From the NCBI GenBank assembly GCA_035249905.1, contig DATFFT010000032.1, forward strand, positions 6,778 to 70,777: a stretch of DNA of 64,000 nt. The letters are read 5' to 3'. The position numbers were made by a program, and so were the translations under genes. This document shows positions 10,667 through 20,206 of the stretch, piece by piece; within the stretch, counting starts at the first letter, position 1, and the number at the start of each line of letters is the position of its first letter. Under the pieces are notes generated by a model, which was not told where the DNA came from, searched no databases, and was given only the letters and a program-made list of their open reading frames with translations. Source of the DNA: Actinomycetota bacterium. GTDB taxonomy: Bacteria > Actinomycetota > UBA4738 > HRBIN12.

Positions 10667-11179
10667 TCAGGGAGCCTCGTTCAGGTAGAACGCCCAGGTC
10701 CCTTCCGTTGAAGCCCACGGCACCGCATCGGTTCGCGGATCGAAGGATCGGCCGAACAAGCCGTAGCTCGTCTGCAGCACGAGTGTGCGGTTCGGTTCTA
10801 CGAGCGCGACGGTCCACCAGTTCGTCGGGCCCTTGGGGGCCCGGAAGAGATGCTGCCCCACGGCGAGGTCCTGCCATTTGGGCTGGATGCGATCAGCGCT
10901 TGGCTCTCCGTCGTTGTCCATCAAGTCCCAGCTGTACCAGCCCCCCCGGCCGCCACCCATCTGCACCAGCCAGCGCCAGACCTTCTCCGGTGGTGCTGGC
11001 AGGGTCGTGGCCATCGTCGCCTCCCCGTTCGGATCGGGGACCAGCTCATCGCCGGGGAAGCTACGGGTCGTTTCGGCTTGCGTCGCGCCCCAGCTCCGCA
11101 TCCGCGGCCGGGCCCACGAGGCGTACACCACGGCTGAAACCGCGGCGAGAGGGAGGGCGCTCGGTCGGAACCTCGTCAC
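10667..11179 (-). CDS. SRPBCC-family protein (polyketide cyclase/dehydrase-like)
   Basis: 170 aa, composition and length typical of the SRPBCC ligand-binding fold. Host-like codon usage. Confidence 0.5.
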   Translation of the reverse strand: MTRFRPSALPLAAVSAVVYASWARPRMRSWGATQAETTRSFPGDELVPDPNGEATMATTLPAPPEKVWRWLVQMGGGRGGWYSWDLMDNDGEPSADRIQPKWQDLAVGQHLFRAPKGPTNWWTVALVEPNRTLVLQTSYGLFGRSFDPRTDAVPWASTEGTWAFYLNEAP

Positions 11180-11236
11180 GGCTCTCCTCTAGCTTCGGTT
11201 GTCGCCCGGCTGCGATGTCAGCATCGGCATGGCCGG

Positions 11237-11443
11237 TCAAACAGCGTGAGGTGTGTCCCCCCGATAAGCCTGGAACAGGCCGGTGAAAGTAATGACCACT
11301 CCTGCGATCGCCGTGATGATCCCCACCCAGTCGGGGCCGCCACCGCTGGTCGTCAGACCGACCACGACGATCGCAACCCCGATGACACCGACCCCGGCCC
11401 CGGCGAGCGAGAGTCCGACCTTCCGTTCTCGTCTGGTTGTCAT
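11237..11443 (-). CDS. small membrane protein (hypothetical)
   Basis: 68 aa with two Gly/Val/Ile-rich hydrophobic segments. G/C-rich third codon positions. Confidence 0.35.
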   Translation of the reverse strand: MTTRRERKVGLSLAGAGVGVIGVAIVVVGLTTSGGGPDWVGIITAIAGVVITFTGLFQAYRGDTPHAV

Positions 11444-11660
11444 CCGAGGTCTCCCCCCAATCCAGTAGCTTCAATCATCACTCTGACCGATGGGCTCACC
11501 CGCCTGTAGAGGCAAGAGCCCTGTCCGGGTAGGGACCTGACTCTCCGCAGACCCACACCGTCGGCACGCTCGGCTAGTCTGCGTCATGCTCCCGACCTGG
11601 TCTTCACCCGGCTCGGTGGACATCTGATAGCTGGGACCGCGGTCCCAGAGGGGAGTCCAC

Positions 11661-11810
11661 GTGCCGAGGTCTCCGTACTCGGATGAGTTCCGAGCTGAGG
11701 CGGTGCGGCTTGGCCCGGGAATCGGAGCAGTGATTGACTGCCGGATCGGTCGGTCTCTACGAGGAAGGCGAGATGGCCGAGCGGAACGTCTCCAAGAACA
11801 TGGAGGATGA
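11661..11810 (+). mobile_element. IS3-family transposase OrfA N-terminal fragment (remnant)
   Basis: GTG 11661 translates VPRSPYSDEFRAEAVRLGPGIG..., matching the IS3/IS911 OrfA HTH start (..YSPEFKAEAVRL..IG). It diverges after ~20 aa and stops at 11808. No OrfB/DDE domain follows; dinB begins at 11835. Confidence 0.45.
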
Positions 11811-11834
11811 AGGACCGGGACCGATCAACGTCGA

Positions 11835-13025
11835 TCAGTCGGGGAGCAGGGGCACCGACGGGCGGTGGTTGCGCCCGAGGAGGACGGCTCGGGTGACGGC
11901 CCCCGACCCGAATCGATCTTGTACCTCGTCCAGGGTGGTGTCGATGGCGGCGACGGGCGCGCCGCCGAACGGCAGCGCGAGCTGGATGGCGCCGTCGTCG
12001 AGCAGGTTCGTGAACGTCAATCCGATCAGCGTGATGCCCTGACGCTCGATCGTCGGCATCGCCGCAGCGAGCAGTTCCCTCGCTACCTCGAGGATCGTCT
12101 TGGTCCGTGCGGTCGCCTCCGGCAACGTGTGTGAGCGCGTCGCGCGGGTGAAGTCGTCGAACCGCAGGCGGAGCGTCACCGTGCGGCATACACGGTGCGC
12201 CGCACGCAACCTGCGCGAGAGGCGGTCGACCAGGGCGACCAGATCGGTGTCGAGCGACGCCGGTGACCTCGGCCGTCGACCGAGCGCGCGCTGGGTGCCG
12301 ATCGAGCGCCGACGACGGCCCACCTGCACCGGGCGTGGGTCGCGGTTGTGGGCGAGGGCATGGATGTGGCGCCCGGCGGCCCGGCCGAGCATGCGAACCA
12401 GCGTCGCCTCGCGGAGCCGGGCGACCTGCCCCACGCTCGTGATCGCCTGCTCACGGAGCTTGGCCGCCGTGACGGGCCCGACGCCCCACAACGCCTCGAC
12501 CGGGAGCGGATGCAGGAAGGCGAGCTCGCCGTCGGTCGGCACGACGAGCAGGCCGTCGGGCTTGGACACCCCGCTGGCCACCTTGGCGAGGAACTTCGTC
12601 CTGGCGACCCCCACGCTGATGGGCAGCCCGACCCGGTCGCGAACCTCGCTGCGCAACCGCACGGCGATCTCGGTGGGCGTGCCCGAGATGCGCCGGAGGC
12701 CGCCGACGTCGAGGAACGCCTCGTCGATCGACAGCCCCTCGACGAACGGGGTCGTGTCGTCGAAGACCTCGAACATCGCCTTGCTCGCCTCGCTGTATGC
12801 CTGCATCCGCGGATGGACGACGACCGCCTGAGGGCACAGCCGGCGCGCTCGTGACCCCGCCATCGGCGTGCGGACGCCGTACGCCTTGGCCTCGTAGCTC
12901 GCCGCGAGCACGACGCCCGCGCCCACGATCACGGGGCGGCCCCGCAGCGAGGGATCGTCCCGTTGCTCGACCGACGCGTAGAACGAGTCGACGTCGGCGT
13001 GCAGGATCGTGGCCTCGCTCGACAC
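11835..13025 (-). CDS. dinB: DNA polymerase IV (Y-family)
   Basis: 396 aa. ILHADVDSFYASVEQR N-terminus, SIDEAFLDV catalytic motif, palm/fingers/little-finger architecture. Confidence 0.92.
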   Translation of the reverse strand: MSSEATILHADVDSFYASVEQRDDPSLRGRPVIVGAGVVLAASYEAKAYGVRTPMAGSRARRLCPQAVVVHPRMQAYSEASKAMFEVFDDTTPFVEGLSIDEAFLDVGGLRRISGTPTEIAVRLRSEVRDRVGLPISVGVARTKFLAKVASGVSKPDGLLVVPTDGELAFLHPLPVEALWGVGPVTAAKLREQAITSVGQVARLREATLVRMLGRAAGRHIHALAHNRDPRPVQVGRRRRSIGTQRALGRRPRSPASLDTDLVALVDRLSRRLRAAHRVCRTVTLRLRFDDFTRATRSHTLPEATARTKTILEVARELLAAAMPTIERQGITLIGLTFTNLLDDGAIQLALPFGGAPVAAIDTTLDEVQDRFGSGAVTRAVLLGRNHRPSVPLLPD

Positions 13026-13070
13026 GAACGTATGTTCGCATGACGGGCTGACGCCGATCCGACGGGAGGG

Positions 13071-13454
13071 TCAGCCTGGCCCGACGTCGTCGGCTCGAAG
13101 CACGTCGTCGGCGCGGATCGCTCGGAGCACCAGCCGCACCGGCAGTGGGAAGCCTCCGTGCCTCGGATCGCGGACGATCACGGGGTTCGCGATCCGCCTG
13201 GTTCGTCCTCGCGTGAGCAGCGCCGCTTCCCCCACGTCGAGCACGTTGTGAACCCAGTCGCCGCGGCCGTAGGTCAACGCGAACTGGAACCCGCCGGGTC
13301 GACGGAACACGTTGACGGGAGTGCGGTAGGTCCGGCCCGATCGGCGGCCCCGGTGGATCACGATGCCGAACCCAGGCAGGCGCCCCACGACGTCGCCGGA
13401 GAGCCGGTTCGTCACGCTCCTGTTGAATCGCGCGAGCGATCTGGGCAGCGGCAT
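13071..13454 (-). CDS. deazaflavin(F420)-dependent nitroreductase-family oxidoreductase (DUF385)
   Basis: 127 aa. PLPRSLARFNRSVTNR...GRLPGFGIVIHRGRRSGRTYRTPVNVF matches the DUF385/Ddn-like family. Confidence 0.7.
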   Translation of the reverse strand: MPLPRSLARFNRSVTNRLSGDVVGRLPGFGIVIHRGRRSGRTYRTPVNVFRRPGGFQFALTYGRGDWVHNVLDVGEAALLTRGRTRRIANPVIVRDPRHGGFPLPVRLVLRAIRADDVLRADDVGPG

Positions 13455-13461
13455 GGCCAGA

Positions 13462-13941
13462 TCAGGTCGCGAACACGGCGACCGCCCAGATCGCGATCAT
13501 GACCACGCCGGCTCCGAGCTGGATCGCGATGCCGAGGCCGACGCTCTTCAGGGCCTCCCACGTCGCCCGCCAGGCGGGAGCGGGATGACGGTGCCGAACG
13601 AGCTCGGCGACGAACACGCCCGCGGGGAACCCGATCAGCGCGCCGATCACCGGCACGGCGAAGAAGCCGACGACGAGGCCGACGATGCCCGCGGCGACGA
13701 CCCACGGCGGGGCTCCGGCCGACGCCGTTCTCCGCGCCGGCAGCACGCTCGACGCCACCATGCCGGCCACGCCGATCGCCGCCATCACGGTGGCCACCGA
13801 CCACGCCGTGGTGCCCCCCCGATCGAACGCCCAGACGGCGGCCGCTCCGATCACGAGCAGGAGCCCGGGCAGTACGGGCACGATCACGCCGACGAGTCCG
13901 ACGAGCATCACGAGGCCCAGCACGATCTCGGCCGACGACAT
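13462..13941 (-). CDS. DUF456-family membrane protein
   Basis: Start moved to internal ATG (MSSAEIVLGLVMLVGLV...), in frame. 4 TM helices. The N-terminal 43 aa of the ORF-track version is Arg/Ser junk. Confidence 0.55.
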   Translation of the reverse strand: MSSAEIVLGLVMLVGLVGVIVPVLPGLLLVIGAAAVWAFDRGGTTAWSVATVMAAIGVAGMVASSVLPARRTASAGAPPWVVAAGIVGLVVGFFAVPVIGALIGFPAGVFVAELVRHRHPAPAWRATWEALKSVGLGIAIQLGAGVVMIAIWAVAVFAT

Positions 13942-14155
13942 CGCCGCCCACCCTATGACGGGGCCCGAGCGGGTGTCGGACGTAGGGCCAAAGGACGTTG
14001 TCCGGCGTCGCACCACGCGGGTACCATCGTGCCCGCTCGCGGCGGAACGGGGGACGCCCGCGAGCGGCACCGCGCGTCGTCGGGCGAGGACGAGCGGTTC
14101 CCGGCGCGTCCGTCACTCGTCCGTAAGCACCGTCGAGCAAGGGAGGATCCCCCGT

Positions 14156-14851
14156 ATGACCCTTCGGAAGCTGCTGGCCCAGGCGATGATGCTCGCCGTC
14201 GCGGCCGGCTCCGTCTTCGTGGCCGGCGCCGTTCCGGCGTCGGCCGGCGCCGGAACCGCAACCATCTTTATCGTCCACGGCCTTCCTGGGGCGGGGAAGG
14301 TGGACATCTGCATCGGTGGCTCGGGCGAGGTGGCGTCGCGTGTTCCATACGCGACCCGCGTCAAGGAACGCGTCGCCGCCGGCAAGGTGAACATCAAGGT
14401 TCGCAAGGCCTCGAAGGGCCAGTGCAAGGGGAAGCTGCTCGCCGCCGGCGGTGCCACCCTTGCCGCCAACGCGAACAGGACGTTCGTCGCGAGCGTGGTC
14501 GCGGGCAAGGGGAAGGTTACCCACTTCAAGAACGAGATGGCTCCGACCGCGCCCGGAGAGAACCGGCTCACGGCGGCCCACAAGATGGCCGCGAAGGCGT
14601 TGGACGTTCTGAACGTCGGAGATAGGCGGATTCAAGGGTTGGCGCCAGGAGCCAGCGCTACTGCCTCGATCCAGTCGGGCGGCGTGTACTCACTTTGGGC
14701 AGCGAAGGCGGGCTCGCTCAATGCCGTGGCCGGGCCGCGACTCGTCACGAAGACCGACGAAGGACAGGCGTTCACTGTCGTGCTGGTGGGCAACACCAAG
14801 GCACCGACCAGGCAGATCGTCCTCTTCAAACAGAACGTGGGCGTCGCCTGA
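14156..14851 (+). CDS. secreted protein of unknown function
   Basis: ATG 14156 preceded by RBS GGGAGGA, in frame with ORF 13685..14851. Signal peptide MTLRKLLAQAMMLAVAAGSVFVAGAVPASA. Gly/Ala/Lys-rich mature part. Confidence 0.6.
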   Translation: MTLRKLLAQAMMLAVAAGSVFVAGAVPASAGAGTATIFIVHGLPGAGKVDICIGGSGEVASRVPYATRVKERVAAGKVNIKVRKASKGQCKGKLLAAGGATLAANANRTFVASVVAGKGKVTHFKNEMAPTAPGENRLTAAHKMAAKALDVLNVGDRRIQGLAPGASATASIQSGGVYSLWAAKAGSLNAVAGPRLVTKTDEGQAFTVVLVGNTKAPTRQIVLFKQNVGVA

Positions 14852-14926
14852 ATCGGCCTGACACGCCGGTGGTCGCTCCGCGACCTCCGCTATAGTTGCC
14901 CCATGGAATAGCGGGACTCCTTCGTC

Positions 14927-14954
14927 GACAGGGCGCCGTACTCGGCGCCCTGTC
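14927..14954. terminator. perfect 12-bp hairpin (gacagggcgccg-tact-cggcgccctgtc) without U-tract
   Basis: Seen directly ~75 nt downstream of the secreted-protein gene. A second 7-bp inverted repeat ccgctat..atagcgg lies at 14887-14914. Confidence 0.25.
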
Positions 14955-15059
14955 GTCATGCCCGCCTCCCACTAGGCACCGAACGAAGGAGTCACCGCCG
15001 ATGCAGCACCGGATCCGAATCGTCAGGCCCGCGTTCACTCCGACGTCCGGGGCACGCAC

Positions 15060-16655
15060 GTGATCCCGCTCGAGGTCCGCGATCTCGAGGTGCAGGCCGG
15101 CGGCCGAACGGTCGTCGCCGGGCTCTCGTTCATGCTCCGGGCCGGGGACAAGATGGGCGTGGTCGGCCGCAATGGGGCAGGCAAGACCAGCATGCTGCGG
15201 GTGCTCGCGGGGGAGCGGCCGGCGGCCGGCGGCCACGTCGCGCGCAGCGGAGCCGTCGGGTACCTGCGCCAGGATCCCCGCCAGCATCGGGCAGGGGACG
15301 CCCTCCCCGCGCTCGGGTACGTGCTCGAAGCCCGCGATCTGGTCGAGCTGGCGACGCGCCTGGAGAAGGCGAGGCTGGCGCTCGAGGAGGACCATTCCGA
15401 GCAGCGGGTTTCTCGGTTCGCCGCGTTGGAGGACGAGTACCGGGCCGAGGGTGGCTACCGCGCGGAATCGGAGGTGCGGTCGATCGCCGCCGGCCTCGGT
15501 ATCCCGCAGGATCGGCTGGCCTTGCCGGTCGGCACGCTCTCTGGCGGTGAGCGCCGGCGCCTGGAGCTCACGCGCATCCTGTTCGGTGGCTCGGACCTGC
15601 TGCTGCTCGACGAGCCCACGAACCATCTCGACGCCGACGCCAAGGCATGGCTGATGAAGTTCCTCGCCGCCTACCAGGGCGCGTTGATGGTCGTCAGCCA
15701 CGACCTCCAGCTGCTCGACGCCTCGATCACCCGGATCCTTCACCTCGACCGCGACGGTGTGGTCGAGTACCGGGGCACCTATTCGCAGTACCGCGAGGCT
15801 CGAGCCCGCGACGAGGAGCGGCTCACGACGCTCGCGGAGCGGCAGGACCGGGAGATCCGACGCCTGCGGACGCTTGCCGATTCGATGCGTGGCCAGACCC
15901 AGCGACGTGCACGGGTCGCGAAGTCGATGGACACCCGCCGGGGCAGGCTCGAGTCGGCCCGTGTCCATGCTCCGACACATGAACGTGCCGTGCGGTTCCG
16001 GTTCCCCCCGCCGCCGCACTGCGGTCGCACGGTCCTCACCGTCGACCGGCTGGCGAAGTCGTACGGCTCGACCCATGTCTTCGACGACGTATCGCTCGAC
16101 GTGGGTCGTGGGGAGCGTCTGATGATCATGGGGTTGAACGGCGCCGGCAAGACCAGCCTGCTGCGCATCCTCACCGGGCAGACCGAGGCCGACGAGGGCA
16201 CGTTCCTGTGGGGCCACGGCGTCGAGCCCGGCTACTACGCCCAGGAACACGAGGGCATCAGTGAAGGGGTCGACGTGCTCGCGCACATGCGGACGGCGTC
16301 CTCGGCCGACGATCAACAGCTCCGGTCGTTGCTGGGCATGTTCGGGCTCACGGGCGCGATCGCCTTCCAGGACGCGGGCACGCTCTCCGGCGGGGAGAAG
16401 ACGAAGCTGGCGCTCGCGCAGCTCGTCGCCGGTCGCAAGAACCTGCTCCTGCTCGACGAGCCGACGAACAACCTGGATCCTCCGTCGCGCACCGCGATCG
16501 CTGAGGCCCTGCAGGGGTGGCCGGGCGCGATGGTCCTCGTGAGCCACGATCCCGAGTTCGTGCAGGCGCTCGCCCCGGAACGGGTGCTGATGATGCCGGA
16601 GGCGACGCTCGGGTACTGGGACGACGACCTCCTCGACCTCGTCTCGCTGGCCTGA
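15060..16655 (+). CDS. ABC-F family ATPase (two tandem ABC domains, no TMD)
   Basis: 531 aa. Two Walker A motifs (GRNGAGKTS, GLNGAGKTS), two LSGGE(R/K) signatures, inter-domain linker. Confidence 0.9.
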   Translation: MIPLEVRDLEVQAGGRTVVAGLSFMLRAGDKMGVVGRNGAGKTSMLRVLAGERPAAGGHVARSGAVGYLRQDPRQHRAGDALPALGYVLEARDLVELATRLEKARLALEEDHSEQRVSRFAALEDEYRAEGGYRAESEVRSIAAGLGIPQDRLALPVGTLSGGERRRLELTRILFGGSDLLLLDEPTNHLDADAKAWLMKFLAAYQGALMVVSHDLQLLDASITRILHLDRDGVVEYRGTYSQYREARARDEERLTTLAERQDREIRRLRTLADSMRGQTQRRARVAKSMDTRRGRLESARVHAPTHERAVRFRFPPPPHCGRTVLTVDRLAKSYGSTHVFDDVSLDVGRGERLMIMGLNGAGKTSLLRILTGQTEADEGTFLWGHGVEPGYYAQEHEGISEGVDVLAHMRTASSADDQQLRSLLGMFGLTGAIAFQDAGTLSGGEKTKLALAQLVAGRKNLLLLDEPTNNLDPPSRTAIAEALQGWPGAMVLVSHDPEFVQALAPERVLMMPEATLGYWDDDLLDLVSLA

Positions 16656-16728
16656 ACCGATACGTGCCTCGCCCCGTCCGGCGGGATATCCTCCGCGCAG
16701 GCAGCGCAGGCGGGAGGGTCGCGAGGGG

Positions 16729-18402
16729 ATGTCGATCGACGGAGGAGCCGATGTCGCCTTCGTGAACGGTGCCGTCTACACGGTCGACGCGGGCCGTTCC
16801 TGGGCACAGGCCGTGGCGGTCCGCGAGGGCGCGATCGCGGCCGTGGGCACCGAAGCCGAGATCCGCAACCTCGTCGGCCCACGCACCGAGGTCGTCGACC
16901 TCGCGGGCAGGATGCTCGTTCCGGGCTTCCAGGACGCGCACGTGCACCCGGTGTCGGGCGGCCTCGACATGATCCGATGCGATCTGCACGACCTGTCGAC
17001 GCAGGAGGACTACCTGCTCGCGATCAAGACCTACGCCGACGATCACCAGGAGCGAGAGTGGATCCTCGGCGGAGGATGGTCGATGGACGCCTTCCCGGGC
17101 GGCACGCCCACCAAGGAGCTCCTCGACGCGGTGGTGCCGGACCGGTGCGTGTTCCTTCCCAACCGCGACGGGCACGGCGCCTGGGTGAACACGCGGGCGC
17201 TCGAGGTCGCGGGTATCACCCACCGCACCCCCGACCCGGCCGACGGCCGGATCGAGCGCACGGCCGAAGGAGAACCGTCGGGCACGCTGCACGAAGGGGC
17301 GGCCGATCTCGTCGGACGGCACGCGCCCGGCCCCACCGCCGAGGAGATGGCCGAGGCGCTGAGGAAGGGCCAGGGGTACCTGCACTCCCTCGGCATCACG
17401 GCGTGGCAGGACGCGATCGTCGAGGAGAACGAGCACGCCGGACCGGGGTACTCGACGTACCTCGACGCGGCGGCGCGCGGCGACCTCACCGCGCGCGTGG
17501 TCGGCGCCCTCTGGTGGGATCGCCACCGCGGCGAGGAGCAGATCGAGGAGCTGGTCGGCCTCCGCGATCGCGGCCGGGTGGGCCGGTTCGCCCCGACCAG
17601 CGTGAAGATCATGCAGGACGGCGTGTGCGAGAACTTCACCGCGGCGGTGCTCGACCCCTACCTCGACGCGCAGGGGCGACCCACCGAGAACCGGGGCATC
17701 TCGTTCGTCGATCCTGAGGCGCTGAAGCGATACGTGAGCGAGCTCGACCGACTGGGATTCCAGGTGCACTTCCATGCGCTCGCCGAGCGCGCGGTGCGGG
17801 AGGCCCTCGATGCGATCGAGGCCGCCCTCGTCGCGAACGGGCCGGGCGACAATCGGCACCACATCGCTCATATCCAGGTCGTTCACCCAGACGACATCCC
17901 GCGCTTCCGCGACCTGAACGCGGTCGCGAACGCGCAGCCGCTGTGGGCAGCCCACGAGTCGCAGATGGACGATCTCACGATCCCATTCCTCGGCGAGCCG
18001 CGATGGCGATGGCAGTACCCGTTCGCCAGCCTGGTTCGTTCGGGCGCGATGCTGGCGATGGGCAGCGATTGGAGCGTGTCGAGCCCCGATCCCCTCGAGG
18101 AGATCCACGTCGCCGTCAATCGCCGCATGCCCGCCGCGTATCCGTACCGCGTCGACCGCAACGACGTGTTCCTGCCCGACGAGCGGCTCGATCTCCCCAC
18201 GGCCTTGGCGGCGTTCACGATCGGGTCCGCCTACGTGAACCACCTGGACCTTCGGACCGGGTCGATCGAGGTCGGGAAGCTGGCCGACCTCGTCGTGGTG
18301 GACCGCAACCTGTTCGAACATCCGGTCGACGAGATCGCCGAGGCGAGCGTGGATCTGACCTACGTCGGGGGCGAGCGTGTTCACGCCGCGCCGAACGCAT
18401 GA
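16729..18402 (+). CDS. amidohydrolase-family protein (Amidohydro_3, metal-dependent hydrolase)
   Basis: 557 aa. N-terminal VNGAVYT..., PGFQDAHVHP metal-binding motif, C-terminal GKLADLVVVDRNLF typical of Amidohydro_3. Confidence 0.85.
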   Translation: MSIDGGADVAFVNGAVYTVDAGRSWAQAVAVREGAIAAVGTEAEIRNLVGPRTEVVDLAGRMLVPGFQDAHVHPVSGGLDMIRCDLHDLSTQEDYLLAIKTYADDHQEREWILGGGWSMDAFPGGTPTKELLDAVVPDRCVFLPNRDGHGAWVNTRALEVAGITHRTPDPADGRIERTAEGEPSGTLHEGAADLVGRHAPGPTAEEMAEALRKGQGYLHSLGITAWQDAIVEENEHAGPGYSTYLDAAARGDLTARVVGALWWDRHRGEEQIEELVGLRDRGRVGRFAPTSVKIMQDGVCENFTAAVLDPYLDAQGRPTENRGISFVDPEALKRYVSELDRLGFQVHFHALAERAVREALDAIEAALVANGPGDNRHHIAHIQVVHPDDIPRFRDLNAVANAQPLWAAHESQMDDLTIPFLGEPRWRWQYPFASLVRSGAMLAMGSDWSVSSPDPLEEIHVAVNRRMPAAYPYRVDRNDVFLPDERLDLPTALAAFTIGSAYVNHLDLRTGSIEVGKLADLVVVDRNLFEHPVDEIAEASVDLTYVGGERVHAAPNA

Positions 18403-18425
18403 GGCTCCGGTCGAGGAGGGTTTCC

Positions 18426-18797
18426 GTGCAGAGGAAGTGGGCTCAGTCGGTCCTGATCGTCATGCTGGCCGCGGCGGCCGTCTTCCCGATCGGTTCGGCG
18501 ACGGCCGTGAAGAGCACCGACCGCGTCCTCAGCTACCGGTGTGAGCTGATCGCCACGAAGCTGGGCGAGCAGATCACCCTGGCCCTGCGGCTCAGGACGA
18601 ACGCTCCTCATCGCTCCTGGCGCATCCGCATGTTCCACCAGGGAGAACGAGTTCTACTGAAGACCCGCAGGACCAACGCATCGGGCAGGTTGATCGTGGG
18701 CCGGGTCGTGCCGAACCTGCGCGGACGCGACGAGGTCGCGGCTCGGGCGCGCCACGTGGCGTCGGGGAAGGTCTGCAGGCTCCAGACCCGCATCTGA
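18426..18797 (+). CDS. small secreted protein (hypothetical)
   Basis: GTG 18426 with RBS GAGGAGGG. Signal peptide ..AQSVLIVMLAAAAVFPIGSATA. 123 aa. Confidence 0.5.
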   Translation: MQRKWAQSVLIVMLAAAAVFPIGSATAVKSTDRVLSYRCELIATKLGEQITLALRLRTNAPHRSWRIRMFHQGERVLLKTRRTNASGRLIVGRVVPNLRGRDEVAARARHVASGKVCRLQTRI

Positions 18798-18897
18798 GCG
18801 CAGGGCCACGTGAAGTCTGACCGGGGGACAGCAGGGGTGCTGCCTCGGCCCGCTCTCCGGTCATACGATGCGCTCCGACATCCCGGAGGGAGCGACC

Positions 18898-20058
18898 ATG
18901 CCTGAAGCGTTCGACATGTCCTTGGTCCAGCGCGGCGCCCGGAATCGCCGCACGCCGTACTTCGAGGCGACCCAGCGGTACGGACCCAAGGGGTTCACGG
19001 TCTACAACCACATGTACTTCCCGATCCGCTTCGACTCTTTCGAGGCCGAGTTCGACGCGCTGCTGAACGCCGTCACCCTCTGGGACGTGTCGGTCGAACG
19101 GTGCCTCGAGATCTCCGGGCCCGACGGCTTCCGGTTCGCGCAACTCCTGACGCCGCGTGATCTGTCGAAGTGCGCCGTCGGACAGGCGAAGTACGTGTTG
19201 ATCTGCGACAGCGACGGCGGCATCGTCAACGACCCCGTGCTCACGCGCATGGACGAGAACACGTTCTGGTTCGCCCTCGCCTCGAGCGACGCCCTGCTGT
19301 TCGCTCGCGGCCTCAAGAACGCGTACCCGGACCTCGACGTCACCATCCAGGAAGCCGATGTCGCCCCGCTGCAGGTGCAGGGGCCCAGGTCGAAGGACCT
19401 CATGGTGAAGCTGCTCGGCGACGAGATCCTCGAGCTCAAGTACTACTTCTGGACCGAGGCGAAGATCGCCGGGGTTCCCGTCGTGGTCACCCGCACCGGC
19501 TGGACGTCCGAGGTGGGCTACGAGGTCTACACCACGGACACCTCGCGCGGGAACGACGTCTACGAGGCGATCATGGAAGCCGGCCAGGAGTTCGGCATCG
19601 TGCCGACCGGACCCAGCGACATCCGGCGCATCGAGGGTGCGATCTTCAACTGGGGTGCCGACATGACCTACGAGAACAACCCCATCGAGATGGGCCTCGA
19701 GCGCCTCGTCGACTGGGACACGCTCGCCGACGACGCGTGCATCTCGCTCGCGGCCCTGCGTCGCATCCGCGACGCCGGTGCGGACCGCCGCATCGTCGGG
19801 GTCGAGCTCGACGGCGATCCGTTCCCGGGGTTGAACAACGTGAAATGGCCCGTGTCCGACGAGACGGGGGTGATCGGGAAGGTCACCTCGGCGATCCACT
19901 CCCCGCGGCTCGAGAAGAACATCGGATTCGCGTGGGTCCCGGCGGATCGGTCGGCGAACGGCACGTCGTTCCGCGTGGATTCCGAATGGGGAAGCCGCGG
20001 CGCGACGGTCGTGGAGATGCCGTTCGTCGATCCCAAGAAGCAGATCCCGGTCTCGTAG
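18898..20058 (+). CDS. DmdA-family (GcvT-like) tetrahydrofolate-dependent aminomethyltransferase/demethylase
   Basis: RBS GGAGGGA before ATG 18898. RRTPYFE..GFTVYNHMYFP..LWDVSVERCLEISGPD..LTPRDL..NDPV..PLQVQGP aligns along its length with Ruegeria DmdA and the GcvT fold. Confidence 0.8.
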   Translation: MPEAFDMSLVQRGARNRRTPYFEATQRYGPKGFTVYNHMYFPIRFDSFEAEFDALLNAVTLWDVSVERCLEISGPDGFRFAQLLTPRDLSKCAVGQAKYVLICDSDGGIVNDPVLTRMDENTFWFALASSDALLFARGLKNAYPDLDVTIQEADVAPLQVQGPRSKDLMVKLLGDEILELKYYFWTEAKIAGVPVVVTRTGWTSEVGYEVYTTDTSRGNDVYEAIMEAGQEFGIVPTGPSDIRRIEGAIFNWGADMTYENNPIEMGLERLVDWDTLADDACISLAALRRIRDAGADRRIVGVELDGDPFPGLNNVKWPVSDETGVIGKVTSAIHSPRLEKNIGFAWVPADRSANGTSFRVDSEWGSRGATVVEMPFVDPKKQIPVS

Positions 20059-20206
20059 CGGCTGCCTGAAGCGCCGTTCAGCGCTGGGCCCCCTGGCCCC
20101 GGGCCGGGACGAGTTGCGATAGGCTTCCCGTTTGAACGATGATTCAGCGAGCGCCGGCGTCGGCCGAGCACGCGGGTCAGGAAGCGAGAACGGGAGGGGT
20201 TCCCCG

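Noticed and set aside
10154-13500. attR-like direct repeat of the tRNA-Leu 3' end
   Set aside because: Scanned by eye for copies of ttcaagtcccccctccgaca. None found, so no intact integrative element boundaries are claimed.
14826-16547. 573-aa minus-strand ORF
   Set aside because: Antisense to the ABC-F ATPase with clear Walker motifs. GC artefact.
16348-18384. 678-aa minus-strand ORF
   Set aside because: Antisense to the Amidohydro_3 gene. GC artefact.
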